Shown: positions 1 through 9,399, counted from the stretch's first letter. The stretch is 64,000 nt of DNA from Candidatus Moraniibacteriota bacterium (GCA_041596615.1 JBFHIG010000001.1:77382-141381), one strand, 5' to 3'. Made by a program: numbers and translations. Notes: a model not told the origin generated them from the letters alone.

Positions 1-1
1 G

Positions 2-1639
2 CTTTTCCCTTTTAATGGGCTTAATTTCGCAATGGGACTGACCAGTATCAAATTTAAAGACTATTTTGTGGCAACACTGTTTGGAATTATTCCGGGTGCT
101 TTCGCATATGTTTATTTTGGAAATTCGCTGGCAAATGCAAGTATTGCGAATATTTTTATAGCAACAACTTTCTTGATTTTACTTTCGTCAGTTTATCCTA
201 TTTATAATAAATTTAGAAAAAAAGAGAAAAATGAGTTTGATATTATTGTGATCGGCGCTGGTTCTGGAGGACTAAACATCGCTAGTTTTATGAATAAAGC
301 AGGGCTTAAAACCTTATTGATTGATAAAGATAATAAAAGTGTCGGAGGAGATTGTCTTAATTTTGGCTGTATTCCTTCAAAGGCATTGATTCACGTTGCG
401 AGAACAATCAAAACTAGCAATGATGCAGAGAAGTATGGCGTCAAAACAAGTGACTTGCCTGATATGCAAAAAATAAAAAAATATATTAAAAAAGTTCAAG
501 ATAAAATTAGAAAGCATGAAAATGCTGAATATTTTAAAAAACAAGGAATGCAAATCGAATTGGGCGTGGCAAAATTTGTTTCGAAAAATGAGGTAGAAGT
601 TGGTGGCAAAAAATTCAAAGGACATAAGATTGTGATATCAACAGGCTCAAGGCCAAGAAAATTAGAAGTTCCAGGAATTGAAAAAGTAGAGGTTTATACC
701 AATGAGACAATTTTTAACATTCAGAAGCTTCCAAAAAAATTATTGGTTGTAGGTGGTGGGCCAATTGGAGTTGAACTCGGTCAAGCCTTCAGACACTTGG
801 GCAGTGAAGTTGAGATTGTTCATAGAGGAGGAAAGGGTCTCGGGAAAGAAAGGGCGGATATCTCAGAGATTCTTGCTAGACAGTTGAAAAAAGATGGCGT
901 GCGATTCCATTATAATTCAGAAATTGAGGAGTTTGTTTCTGCTGATAAGGCGGTCTTGAAAAATAGTAAAAATGATTCAAAGAAAGAAGTTTTTTTTGAC
1001 GCCGTTCTTGTTGCAATCGGTCGCCAGTTGAATACAGAGGGACTTGGGCTCAAGATGGCTGGCGTCAAAACGGAAAACGGGAAAATCAAAACAAACGAAT
1101 ATCTGCAAACCACCAACAAAAGCATTTTGCTTGCAGGCGATGTGGCAGGAAGCTTGATGTTCACACATGCAGCCGAATTGCACGCATCTATTATTCTCAA
1201 TAACTTTTTCTCGCCTTTTAAGAAAAAACTCAGTTATGATAAGTTTAGCTGGGTTACTTTCACTTATCCGGAAGTTGCAACATTTGGAATTGGTGAGGAC
1301 GAATTGAAAAAGCGAGGCGTGAAATACACAGTGCTTGAAAAAGATTTCAAAGACGATGACAGGGCCCTCACTGATGACTATCCAGACTCCCTGGTAGTTT
1401 TATATGTCGGAAAGGACAATAAACTCTTGGGCGGCAGCATCGTTGCTCCTAGGGCAGGAGAATTGGCACAAGAACTTATTCTTGCTATAAGTGCAGGACT
1501 GAAAATAGATCAAATTTTTGCTAAAATCTATCCTTATCCAACAGCAACAAGGATTAATAAATCTCTTGTCGGCAGTCTATTTGCAAAAAAACTGTCCTCA
1601 AAATTCAATCGAAAATTGCTTAGAATCTTTTATCATTAA
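2..1639 (+). CDS. 5'-truncated fusion of a DedA/TVP38-family membrane protein with an FAD-dependent pyridine nucleotide-disulfide oxidoreductase (dihydrolipoamide dehydrogenase / mercuric reductase-like)
   Basis: Open frame runs from the window edge (first Met at 32). The N-terminal part is hydrophobic and DedA-like (FGIIPGAFAYVYFG). It is followed by a Rossmann FAD motif (IVIGAGSGG), the redox-active disulfide GGDCLNFGCIPSK, and a C-terminal dimerisation domain typical of class-I disulfide oxidoreductases. Confidence 0.7.
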   Translation, partial: LFPFNGLNFAMGLTSIKFKDYFVATLFGIIPGAFAYVYFGNSLANASIANIFIATTFLILLSSVYPIYNKFRKKEKNEFDIIVIGAGSGGLNIASFMNKAGLKTLLIDKDNKSVGGDCLNFGCIPSKALIHVARTIKTSNDAEKYGVKTSDLPDMQKIKKYIKKVQDKIRKHENAEYFKKQGMQIELGVAKFVSKNEVEVGGKKFKGHKIVISTGSRPRKLEVPGIEKVEVYTNETIFNIQKLPKKLLVVGGGPIGVELGQAFRHLGSEVEIVHRGGKGLGKERADISEILARQLKKDGVRFHYNSEIEEFVSADKAVLKNSKNDSKKEVFFDAVLVAIGRQLNTEGLGLKMAGVKTENGKIKTNEYLQTTNKSILLAGDVAGSLMFTHAAELHASIILNNFFSPFKKKLSYDKFSWVTFTYPEVATFGIGEDELKKRGVKYTVLEKDFKDDDRALTDDYPDSLVVLYVGKDNKLLGGSIVAPRAGELAQELILAISAGLKIDQIFAKIYPYPTATRINKSLVGSLFAKKLSSKFNRKLLRIFYH

Positions 1640-1715
1640 GACCTTTGATGTACAACTTATTTTATATTTTAGGTCAAATGGTGTATAATAGTTAATAATT
1701 AGTAATAGAAAATAT

Positions 1716-2102
1716 ATGCTACAAGAATTTAAAAAATTTGCCATCAAGGGGAATGTTATTGATCTGGCGGTCGGTATCATCATTGGTGCTGCTTTTGGAA
1801 AGATTGTTAGTTCTTTTGTTGCTGATATTATCATGCCACCAATCGGAATTATTTTGGGGGGTGTTGATTTTTCAAATCTTGCTATTACTCTCAAGAAAGC
1901 GACAGCAACAACAGAAGCAGTTACAATGAACTATGGTTTGTTTATTAATTCCGTAGTGGACTTTGTGATTATAGCCTTTGCTATTTTTATTGTAATTAAG
2001 CAAATTGATAGATTGAAGAAAAAAGAAGAGAAAAAACCAGTCGCAACACCGGAAGATGTTTTGCTCTTGAGGGAAATTAGAGATTCATTAAAGAAAAAAT
2101 AG
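1716..2102 (+). CDS. mscL: Large-conductance mechanosensitive channel MscL
   Basis: 128 aa with the N-terminal motif [27 protein letters not shown], two TM segments and a charged C-terminal helix. This is the classic MscL layout. Confidence 0.9.
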   Translation: MLQEFKKFAIKGNVIDLAVGIIIGAAFGKIVSSFVADIIMPPIGIILGGVDFSNLAITLKKATATTEAVTMNYGLFINSVVDFVIIAFAIFIVIKQIDRLKKKEEKKPVATPEDVLLLREIRDSLKKK

Positions 2103-2328
2103 AGTTCATCTAATCATTTTGGTTTGTTTGAAATGAATATTTTTTTGGGTGGGCATATTTAACCATTATATTTTTTTAAGAGTTTTAAAATTTAAAAAAA
2201 TATAATGGTTAGATATTCTTGATTTTATAATAAAAATGTTAGGTTATTATTCGTTAAGTCTTGAATTTATATGTTATAATAAATCTATTAAATGTAGCTA
2301 AAACAAAAATAATTTTTAATCTAAAACA

Positions 2329-3567
2329 GTGGAATTTCAACAACAAGAAGAAGAGCAAAAGCAAAACGAAGAAGTAGAAAAAACAGTCTACAAAAACTCG
2401 AATGAAGAGGGGGAAGAAATAAGTGAAAAAAGGACATCTAAACTCGGATATATCCTTTTGTTTTTAATGGCATTTTTTGTTGTGTCGGTAGGGGAGACAA
2501 TTTTTGCTGATTTGAAAAAAATTCCAGAAAAGCCAGTGATGCCATCTGGTTGCATTTTGAGTTCAGTGCAAAACCTTGAGCGGTTATCAAATTTAAACTG
2601 TCCTAGTTCTAGATCTAGTTCGTATTCCTATCCTTCCTATTCTGATAACTATAATCAGAGTAACCCTGGGCTCTTTAATACGGTTGATATAAAATTTGGA
2701 CTAGATGTGAAATTTACCGGTTTAAAACCTCAGTTATTAGAAATCGCTTCTATAAATCAAGATATAAACTCTGCCCAGAGTGAGATTTCAAGTGCTGAAA
2801 AAAACATTCTAAAATTAAACAAAGACTACGACTTAAGTTTACAGGAAAAAATGGCAGGGGAGGCAGCTATCATGAACTCGGAGAGGATTAAAAATGATAT
2901 CACAGCTCAAAGAACACTAATAAGCACGGCAAAAAGCAAAGTTGCCTATCTCGAAAGAGAGAGAAGTGGTATTTCCTCAGACTTAACAGCACAAATATCT
3001 TCTTTAGAAAAGAGCTATGGTGAGGCAATGGATTATTATAAGAATAAACAATCCTGGTATAAATTCAAATCTTTCCTTTTAACATTGATTTTTGTTTTGC
3101 CATTTTTTGCTTTTTCTGTTTTTATGTATTTAAGATTGAAGAAAAAAAATAGTCCTTACACAATCATCTTAACAGCAACAACTACTGCTTTTTCAATTTT
3201 GCTTCTGCAGGTGGTGATGGTTTTTCTTTACGACATTCTACCGAAAGAGTGGCTCGCTAGGATTTTTAGATTTTTCTTAGAAGTTCCTTTTCTGCGGTAT
3301 GTTATCTATTATGGTTCTGTTCTTTTGGTGATAGGACTCTTTGGTGGAATTGTATTTTATATCCAGAAGAGAGTTTTTAGCCCCAGAAAAGTTGCAATCA
3401 GAAGGTTGAAAGACAAGAAATGCCCAGGATGTTCTTTCCCAATAAATTCGAAACATAATTTTTGCCCAGATTGTGGTCTTAAATTGCAAGAGGAATGCGG
3501 AAACTGTGGGAAGCAAAAAATTAGATATTTATCACATTGTCCAAATTGTGGGAATGAGAGTGTTTAA
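2329..3567 (+). CDS. Hypothetical membrane protein: acidic N-terminus, TM helix, Ser/Tyr-rich linker, coiled-coil, three TM helices, C-terminal double zinc ribbon (four CxxC pairs)
   Basis: GTG start. Hydrophobic segments at ~aa 40-60 and ~aa 250-340. The C-terminus reads CPGCSFPINSKHNFCPDCGLKLQEECGNCGKQKIRYLSHCPNCG. No recognisable enzymatic motif. Confidence 0.45.
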   Translation: MEFQQQEEEQKQNEEVEKTVYKNSNEEGEEISEKRTSKLGYILLFLMAFFVVSVGETIFADLKKIPEKPVMPSGCILSSVQNLERLSNLNCPSSRSSSYSYPSYSDNYNQSNPGLFNTVDIKFGLDVKFTGLKPQLLEIASINQDINSAQSEISSAEKNILKLNKDYDLSLQEKMAGEAAIMNSERIKNDITAQRTLISTAKSKVAYLERERSGISSDLTAQISSLEKSYGEAMDYYKNKQSWYKFKSFLLTLIFVLPFFAFSVFMYLRLKKKNSPYTIILTATTTAFSILLLQVVMVFLYDILPKEWLARIFRFFLEVPFLRYVIYYGSVLLVIGLFGGIVFYIQKRVFSPRKVAIRRLKDKKCPGCSFPINSKHNFCPDCGLKLQEECGNCGKQKIRYLSHCPNCGNESV

Positions 3568-3599
3568 TTGATTAAAATTTTAACCCAAATCTTCTAAAA

Positions 3600-4310
3600 A
3601 TGACGATAGGATTTAGTAATGGTGGTTTTTATAGAATAGAAACCGGTCCGAACGATAGGCTTACTTTTGAACACATAACTCGTTTGCAAGTTAATGGAGA
3701 GGCAAACGCAATCGAACTGCACTGTACAAATGAAGATGCGCTAGACCTTATCATTTCTGCTGAGAATTTGAACCTGGTCTATTTCAGGTTTATTTCTTTG
3801 CATGCACCGAGTTTTGCTTATACAAAAAACAAGGATTCTAGGAGGATTCTAGATAAACTTGGGCTATTGACCAGAAAGTATGGAATCAACAATTTAGTTT
3901 TTCATACGGACACAGTTCTTGACTGGAGTATTTTTGATGATTATAAAATTTTGCCAATTTCAATCGAGAATATGGATGACCGCAAAAAATCTGGCAAAAC
4001 AGTGGCAGACGTAAAAGCTATCCTAGAAAAGTACGATTTTGGACTAACGCTCGATTTGCAACATTGTTTTGTGAATGATAAATCTCTGCAATTGGCATTG
4101 GATTTCCAAGAAGAATTTGGGGACAGAATTGTTGAATATCACATTAGCGGGTTTGATGAAAATTTTCTGCATTACTCACTTTTCAAAACAAGAAAAGACG
4201 AAATTATTAAGACATTGTTACAAAAAGAAGTGCCAATTATCATAGAAAGCACTTTTGATGAATTTGGAGAGGAAAGGAAAGAATTGGAGTATATAAAAAG
4301 TAGGCTGTAA
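3600..4310 (+). CDS. Hypothetical protein, possibly a xylose-isomerase-like TIM barrel / AP-endonuclease-2 family (sugar-phosphate isomerase/epimerase-like)
   Basis: 236 aa. His/Asp/Glu residues are spaced as in metal-dependent TIM-barrel enzymes (LHAP, FHTD, IENMDD, LDLQHCF, EYHISGFDE). The family assignment is weak. Confidence 0.3.
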   Translation: MTIGFSNGGFYRIETGPNDRLTFEHITRLQVNGEANAIELHCTNEDALDLIISAENLNLVYFRFISLHAPSFAYTKNKDSRRILDKLGLLTRKYGINNLVFHTDTVLDWSIFDDYKILPISIENMDDRKKSGKTVADVKAILEKYDFGLTLDLQHCFVNDKSLQLALDFQEEFGDRIVEYHISGFDENFLHYSLFKTRKDEIIKTLLQKEVPIIIESTFDEFGEERKELEYIKSRL

Positions 4311-4322
4311 AAAATCAGTAAC

Positions 4323-5500
4323 ATGAAGCAATCTTTGGAGGGTAATATTTGGAAAATGTTCGTTTATATATTTACGGGCAGAAGAGCTTACATCTCGATA
4401 CTCTCGATCTATTTTTTGACTTTGCCAAACACAACAGCAAACATGCTTGGCCTGTTTTCAGGTATTGGAAATCTTGTTGCCTTTTTTTTGAAATTCCCTC
4501 AGGTTACTTTGCTGATAGATTTGGACACAAAAAGACTCTAGTTTTGTCTAAAATTCTGATGTTATTCTCGACATTTTCTTTTATCTTTATTCAAAATTTC
4601 TATGGATTTGCGCTGGGCTCTATTTGCATGAGTATTTCATTCGCTTTTACTTCTGGAACAGTTTCAGCATTTATGCAAGAAACTCTCGAGAAGCTAAATA
4701 GAGGAAAAGAGTATTCTAAATTGATGGGAAGAATGAGGGGGAATGTTTCTTTGTTTAGTATTTTTCTGATAATACTACTCCCTTTTCTAGCTAAAATAGA
4801 CATTATTTGGCCATTCTATGCGAGTCTAGTGCTTGATGTTGTGGGTCTTGTAGTCGTCTTTACTTTTATAGATCCAAAAAATAAAATTAAAATTTCAAAA
4901 AATCAAATCAAGTCTATAATAAGAATTTTTAAGGATACGAGAAAATTAAATTTTCTTCCATTTGCTGTTTTTACGAGTGCTATCTCAGGTTTCATAATAG
5001 CAGAGGCCATATTTAGGTATGTTTATTTGGAATCGTTGGGATACCCAATCGCTTGGGTCGGATTTGTCTTCGGGTTGTCAAGATTGGTTTGGTTTTTTGT
5101 TGGAAGGCATGCACATTTAGTTGAAGAATATTTCACAATAAGGCAGCTTCTGGTTTTTGAATTGTTCCTTTTCCCATGTTATTTTTTTATTGTAGCTTAT
5201 TTGACTAATCCATACTTAATTGCGGGGGTAATGATAATTATCACTGGTTATATGTGGGGAAGAGGGCAAATAATTGAGAGTCATATTTTAAATAATCATA
5301 TTTCTGATAAAAATTATAAAGCAACAATATTCTCAATTAAAAACCAAATTGGATTGCTTTTTCAATTTGTGGTGCCTTTTTCAATTGGTTTTATTATGAA
5401 CTACTCTTATATGCTGGGATATGCTGCTTTAGGAATATTTTTGTTTATTATTCTGGCGATATCCTTTTGGTTTATTGATAAAAAGAAATTTATCAATTAA
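4323..5500 (+). CDS. MFS transporter interrupted by a single frame change in a T8 homopolymer (4482-4489); pseudogene, programmed slip or sequencing error
   Basis: Frame 1 (4323-4541) encodes MFS TM1/TM2 (ISILSIYFLTLPNTTANMLGLFSGIGNLVAFF). The frame starting at 4349 continues with the MFS motif A (GYFADRFGHKKTL) and 10 or more TM helices through 5500. The two frames join exactly at cTTTTTTTTg. Confidence 0.6.
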
Positions 5501-5544
5501 TTTTCTTTTTCGCACCATATATTTAAAAATTGAAAATAGGAATA

Positions 5545-5594
5545 AAAAAGGCGCGAGGTCTATATAATATACACTTCGCGCTTTTTTGCCTTCC
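5545..5594. terminator. Bidirectional intrinsic terminator between the convergent MFS and HTH genes
   Basis: A hairpin (GCGCGAGG ... CTTCGCGC) flanked by an A-run on one side and a T-run on the other. Confidence 0.5.
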
Positions 5595-5617
5595 CTTTGT
5601 TTCAGGGGAATTCAATT

Positions 5618-6844
5618 TCAAGGGAATTTAAGGTGGGTAATGCTAATGGTAGTGACCACCCCCTCTATTATTTCGAATTTGATGTTCTGCCCGTCGCTTG
5701 TAAGCGAGGGAGAAAACTCAGGAACTTTTGTCATCAAAAAGCCCAAAAAGAACACTTTTTGATTGTTTCTCGGGAGTTCTCCTGCAGCTAGAAGCCCACA
5801 CTGAATGGCTTGAAAAACTCTAGTCAAATCATCTCTGCCTATGTCTAAGGAGACAGCATCTCCCAGAGTCTTTGGAGTCTTATTTCTTGTTCCTAGAATT
5901 TTTCCGCTGGAAGCATTGACCGCTGGAAGACCGTTTCTCATTTCTTTTAGCTCTCTTTCGCTAGCAGTAACAAGGGGCTTTGAGATAATAGAGGCAATAG
6001 CAGGGTCTAGCTTTTTGGGGTTATTAGACACTAAATCGCCTAGTCCAATTTTTGCAAAAAAATCATCCTTTGCGAACCCACACTCTTCGGCCAAGAGTTC
6101 AACATGAGCAATGTGAAGACGAGTGTCTCCATTGCTCATTGACTTGAATTTATCAGAGCGAAGACCTAAAGCATCGGTCACATCCTGTTTGCTAATACCG
6201 CTCACCTCTAGGATTTTAAACAAAACCTTCTCTGTTATTTCTCTGGGCACAAACTTTTTTTCGCTGTCGCTAGAATCCTTGGGAGTTGCATTATCCTCCA
6301 GTCCAATTTTTTTGAAAAAAGCGTCTCTTGAAAAACCGAAGGTTTCTGCTAAGTATTCAACTTGAACAATGTGAAGTCGCCTTTTCTTTTTTCTCTCCCC
6401 GAACATGTACATGTATCTTTCTAAAGTAAGTCCTAAAATACTAGCCAAATCTTCATTGCTGAGCCCAGTTAATTTTTCTATTTCAAGTAAAATACCAGTT
6501 GTTAAGTCCTCCGGCACAAGTGCTTTTTCCGGATACCTTCTAGAAAATATTTTAGGGGGTCTTTTTGATGACAAGCCCCCCTCCGCAAGAACATTTGTTC
6601 TTCTTTGGTATGGAGCCAAAAATTCAGCCCCACCAGCTTTTTCAAGAGCTATATCTATCCATTTCTCGGGAAAAACTCCATTTTCGTCAAAGTCTAGTTG
6701 TTCCTTTACGCCAATTGTTTCATTGAACTCTTTTACATCTTTTATTCCCAGAAAACTTTTGAAGCAACTAATAAATCCTCTTCGCATTTTCTTGGGAAGG
6801 GATCGAGTCACAGTTTTACCAAAAGTGCTAGCAGCCATATTCAT
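5618..6844 (-). CDS. Hypothetical regulator with two tandem XRE/Cro-type helix-turn-helix domains between unique N- and C-terminal domains
   Basis: Two ~60-aa internal repeats (LTGLSNEDLASILGLTLERY...LHIVQVEYLAETFGFSRDAFFKKIGL and VSGISKQDVTDALGLRSDKF...LHIAHVELLAEECGFAKDDFFAKIGL) match the XRE HTH pattern. The DNA shows the corresponding repeats at ~6299-6496 and ~6041-6232. Confidence 0.5.
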   Translation of the reverse strand: MNMAASTFGKTVTRSLPKKMRRGFISCFKSFLGIKDVKEFNETIGVKEQLDFDENGVFPEKWIDIALEKAGGAEFLAPYQRRTNVLAEGGLSSKRPPKIFSRRYPEKALVPEDLTTGILLEIEKLTGLSNEDLASILGLTLERYMYMFGERKKKRRLHIVQVEYLAETFGFSRDAFFKKIGLEDNATPKDSSDSEKKFVPREITEKVLFKILEVSGISKQDVTDALGLRSDKFKSMSNGDTRLHIAHVELLAEECGFAKDDFFAKIGLGDLVSNNPKKLDPAIASIISKPLVTASERELKEMRNGLPAVNASSGKILGTRNKTPKTLGDAVSLDIGRDDLTRVFQAIQCGLLAAGELPRNNQKVFFLGFLMTKVPEFSPSLTSDGQNIKFEIIEGVVTTISITHLKFP

Positions 6845-7026
6845 AATTTTCCTCCCGATATTTATTAGTAAATAAATATCTTAGTAAGATTTAATAGAAG
6901 TAAAGTTTAAATATCCTAATTTCAAATAACTGTCTTTATATATACAGGATTTCAAGCGCATTGTAAACACTTATTCTGATTAATCTGCTTAATTTTGTTT
7001 TGTAACAAAAGATTTTTATTGCTATA

Positions 7027-7500
7027 ATGAAGACGTATTTAGAAGTTAATTCCTTTCCCTCAAGACACGTGATTTACGAAAAAAGACCAGAAAATTTCAA
7101 TTCTAGATTTGAAATAGTCAGCTGTTTTTTTGAGTGTGCTGATAAAATTCTATTACTCCATAGACAAGATGATAAGCCCGAAGGAAATACCTGGGGAGTT
7201 CCTGCTGGAAAAATTGATGAAGGTGAAAATTTAGCAGAGGCGATGCTAAGGGAACTGCGGGAGGAGACCGGATTTAAATTGTCGGCTGAAGAACTTGTAT
7301 ATTTTCAAAAGATTTATGTAAGATACTCAGAGTATGATTTCATATATCACATATTCCACACTAAAATAGAAGAGGAGGTGCAAGTTTCAATCAGTGACAA
7401 AGAGCATAAAGATTTTAAATGGGTTTCTCCTAAAGAAGCTCTTGGGATGCCCCTGATTCCGGAATTAGGTTCATGCATAAAGTTGTTTTATGTGATTTAG
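7027..7500 (+). CDS. NUDIX hydrolase
   Basis: Nudix box [23 protein letters not shown] fits GX5EX7REUXEEXGU. Confidence 0.8.
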   Translation: MKTYLEVNSFPSRHVIYEKRPENFNSRFEIVSCFFECADKILLLHRQDDKPEGNTWGVPAGKIDEGENLAEAMLRELREETGFKLSAEELVYFQKIYVRYSEYDFIYHIFHTKIEEEVQVSISDKEHKDFKWVSPKEALGMPLIPELGSCIKLFYVI

Positions 7501-7668
7501 ATTTTATACTCCATGGCCAGAGAGTAAGACTATGATGTTAGATCTAAATGACCATTGCTCATTTAGAAAAAGAAATTCAAAACCACTCTTTTTCTGAAAA
7601 AAGTCATGCCTTGGTTTTGGAAATGTATGTGTTAAAATATAATAAAAATAGCAGTAATTTAAAGTCCC

Positions 7669-8049
7669 ATGCTTAACCCTAAAATCTTCAGCAAACATTA
7701 TTTATTTGTTTTTACTTTCGTCTTTGTAATAACCTTTGTTTTCGTCGGAGCATTTTATGCAAATGAAGCCCCTAAATCTGTTATGGGAATTTTTTATGGG
7801 CTAATTTTTGTTCCAATGTTCTTCTTCTTTAAGTATAAAAAAGCTGAAGTCGATTTGCGATGGTTTAATGCTTATATGTTTTTTGGTTTTGTGTTTGGGT
7901 TCCTTTTTTTAATAAATGAAACTGTGAGCTTGAATAAGTTGATAACCTGGTTATCAACTGGTGCTCCATTTGTAATCGCTTTCAATTTATTTTGTATTAG
8001 ATTTGTCCAGATGGCTGAAGCAGAACAGATAAAAAGTTCTAAGGACTAG
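7669..8049 (+). CDS. Hypothetical small integral membrane protein (4 predicted TM helices)
   Basis: Hydrophobic, Phe-rich ORF in a sense-consistent arrangement. No recognisable motif. Confidence 0.35.
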   Translation: MLNPKIFSKHYLFVFTFVFVITFVFVGAFYANEAPKSVMGIFYGLIFVPMFFFFKYKKAEVDLRWFNAYMFFGFVFGFLFLINETVSLNKLITWLSTGAPFVIAFNLFCIRFVQMAEAEQIKSSKD

Positions 8050-8164
8050 AAACAATTATTATCAAGATGTTAATATGTGAAGAACATTTCTCTTGTAATA
8101 AAAAACAAACCCAGATTTCTTTAGATTTCTTTGGGTTTGTTTTTTATAAAAAATTGACTAGTTA

Positions 8165-8497
8165 CTATTTTTTGGCTACTTTTTTTGGCTTCTTAACCGC
8201 TTTAACAGTCTCTTTTTTCTCTTCCTTTTTTTCTACTGTTTTAGTTTTTTTCTTTGCAGCTTTTTTTGCTTCTTCTTTTTCTTTTTCAATTGCAGAAAAC
8301 TTTTCCATTCGTTGCTTGAATCTATCAACTCGTCCGGTTGAGTCTATAAGTTTCTTTTTTCCAGTATAAAAAGGATGACAAGCACTACAAATTTCGATGT
8401 CTTTCTTTTCTAAAGTTGAGCCAGTTGTGATAACGTTTCCGCAAGAACATTTAATGATTGCTTCTTCATTATATTTTGGGTGGATTCCTTTCTTCAT
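8165..8497 (-). CDS. rpmE: 50S ribosomal protein L31 with a lysine-rich C-terminal extension
   Basis: MKKGIHPKY...CSCGNV...[11 protein letters not shown]...GRVDRF is the L31 signature with a Cys4 ribbon. A ~45-aa KKAAKKK/KKEEKK tail follows it. Confidence 0.85.
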   Translation of the reverse strand: MKKGIHPKYNEEAIIKCSCGNVITTGSTLEKKDIEICSACHPFYTGKKKLIDSTGRVDRFKQRMEKFSAIEKEKEEAKKAAKKKTKTVEKKEEKKETVKAVKKPKKVAKK

Positions 8498-8766
8498 ATT
8501 TCAATGATATAATTATTTTAAATTTTGCACAATAACAATAAAGCCAAAATCTGAAACTTGCAGTAGAATACGGAGATTCTGAACAGTTACTAAGTGCTTT
8601 TTTCCTAGACAAGAGCTAGATTAACACAATATTCTTGAATTGGCAATAGCCCAATCATTCTAGTTTTTTCTAACGCAGGTCAACCAAAAATGTTTACGAA
8701 AAGATATTATATTTATGCCTTAAAAAAGCATAAAATAGATTTTTAAAAAGCAATTAAATTTAAGAC

Positions 8767-8794
8767 TGGACAATCTTATTTTTTTTGCTATAAT
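8767..8794 (+). promoter_or_regulatory. Candidate sigma-70 promoter (TGGACA, 16-nt spacer, TGcTATAAT extended -10) upstream of the tRNA-Ile/tRNA-Ala cluster
   Basis: The -35 is at 8767-8772 and the extended -10 at 8787-8794. It would place a transcription start near 8801, about 140 nt upstream of tRNA-Ile. Confidence 0.4.
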
Positions 8795-8939
8795 TACTTC
8801 TGTTGTGATGTTTAATCGTGACGAAAGTTTTACAAAACAAGGGCTGTCGGCTCTTCTAATGGTAGGGATTGGGGTATTGTTAGTCAAATTCTCAAATCCT
8901 CAATCATAATGAGGTCACCTTTGGCCTGTAAAAAATAAA

Positions 8940-9013
8940 GGGCGATTAGCTCAGATGGTTAGAGCGCGTCACTGATAATGACGAGGTCCCAGGTTCAATT
9001 CCTGGATTGCCCA
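8940..9013 (+). tRNA. tRNA-Ile (anticodon GAU); no encoded CCA
   Basis: Cloverleaf read by hand: acceptor GGGCGAT/ATTGCCC, anticodon stem CGTCA/TGACG, loop CTGATAA. Confidence 0.85.
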
Positions 9014-9080
9014 CAGGAATAGTATGTAGTATAGTGTATTTAGTATTTTGGTTGAAAATTGGTAATTGAAAATTTAACGC

Positions 9081-9153
9081 GGGCCCTTAGCTCAGTTGGT
9101 AGAGCGCCTCATTTGCACTGAGGAGGTCAGGAGTTCGAATCCCCTAGGGTCCA
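9081..9153 (+). tRNA. tRNA-Ala (anticodon UGC) with the G3:U70 identity pair; no encoded CCA
   Basis: Acceptor GGGCCCT/AGGGTCC with G3-T70, anticodon stem CCTCA/TGAGG, loop TTTGCAC. Confidence 0.85.
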
Positions 9154-9164
9154 CACAAAGAGAA

Positions 9165-9193
9165 ATTCTTCGCATATGCGAGGGGTTTTTTTG
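9165..9193 (+). terminator. Intrinsic terminator after tRNA-Ala
   Basis: Perfect palindrome (TTCGCATATGCGAgggg) followed by T7. The whole unit is duplicated at ~9330-9364. Confidence 0.65.
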
Positions 9194-9310
9194 TTTATAA
9201 ATATTTTGTAGTAGATTCGAACGTAAGGGGGCGTTGGGGGAAGATATTCCCCCATGGCGGAATCATTCAAACCGAGGGGTTTGAAAAGCGACGAAAGGAG
9301 CGCGTGAGAT

Positions 9311-9367
9311 TCCCCTAGGGTCCACACAAAGAGAAATTCTTCGCATATGCGAGGGGTTTTTTTGTTT
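9311..9367 (+). repeat. 57-bp direct repeat of the tRNA-Ala 3' end plus terminator (copy B); copy A is 9140-9196
   Basis: Both copies read TCCCCTAGGGTCCACACAAAGAGAAATTCTTCGCATATGCGAGGGGTTTTTTTGTTT and are identical. They are separated by a unique 114-bp segment (9197-9310). Confidence 0.8.
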
Positions 9368-9399
9368 GTTCTTTTTGTCTGTCTGTAGATGCTATATAA

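Noticed and set aside
7000-7028. TTGTAA-N17-TATAAT promoter-like match upstream of the first NUDIX gene
   Set aside because: The -10 hexamer overlaps the annotated ATG (7027), so it cannot drive that start. -10-like hexamers are abundant in AT-rich DNA.
8808-8909. 33-aa hydrophobic mini-ORF in the leader between the promoter (8767-8794) and tRNA-Ile
   Set aside because: It has no RBS and no conservation evidence. It is more likely part of a processed tRNA precursor leader. It is recorded here only as a possibility.
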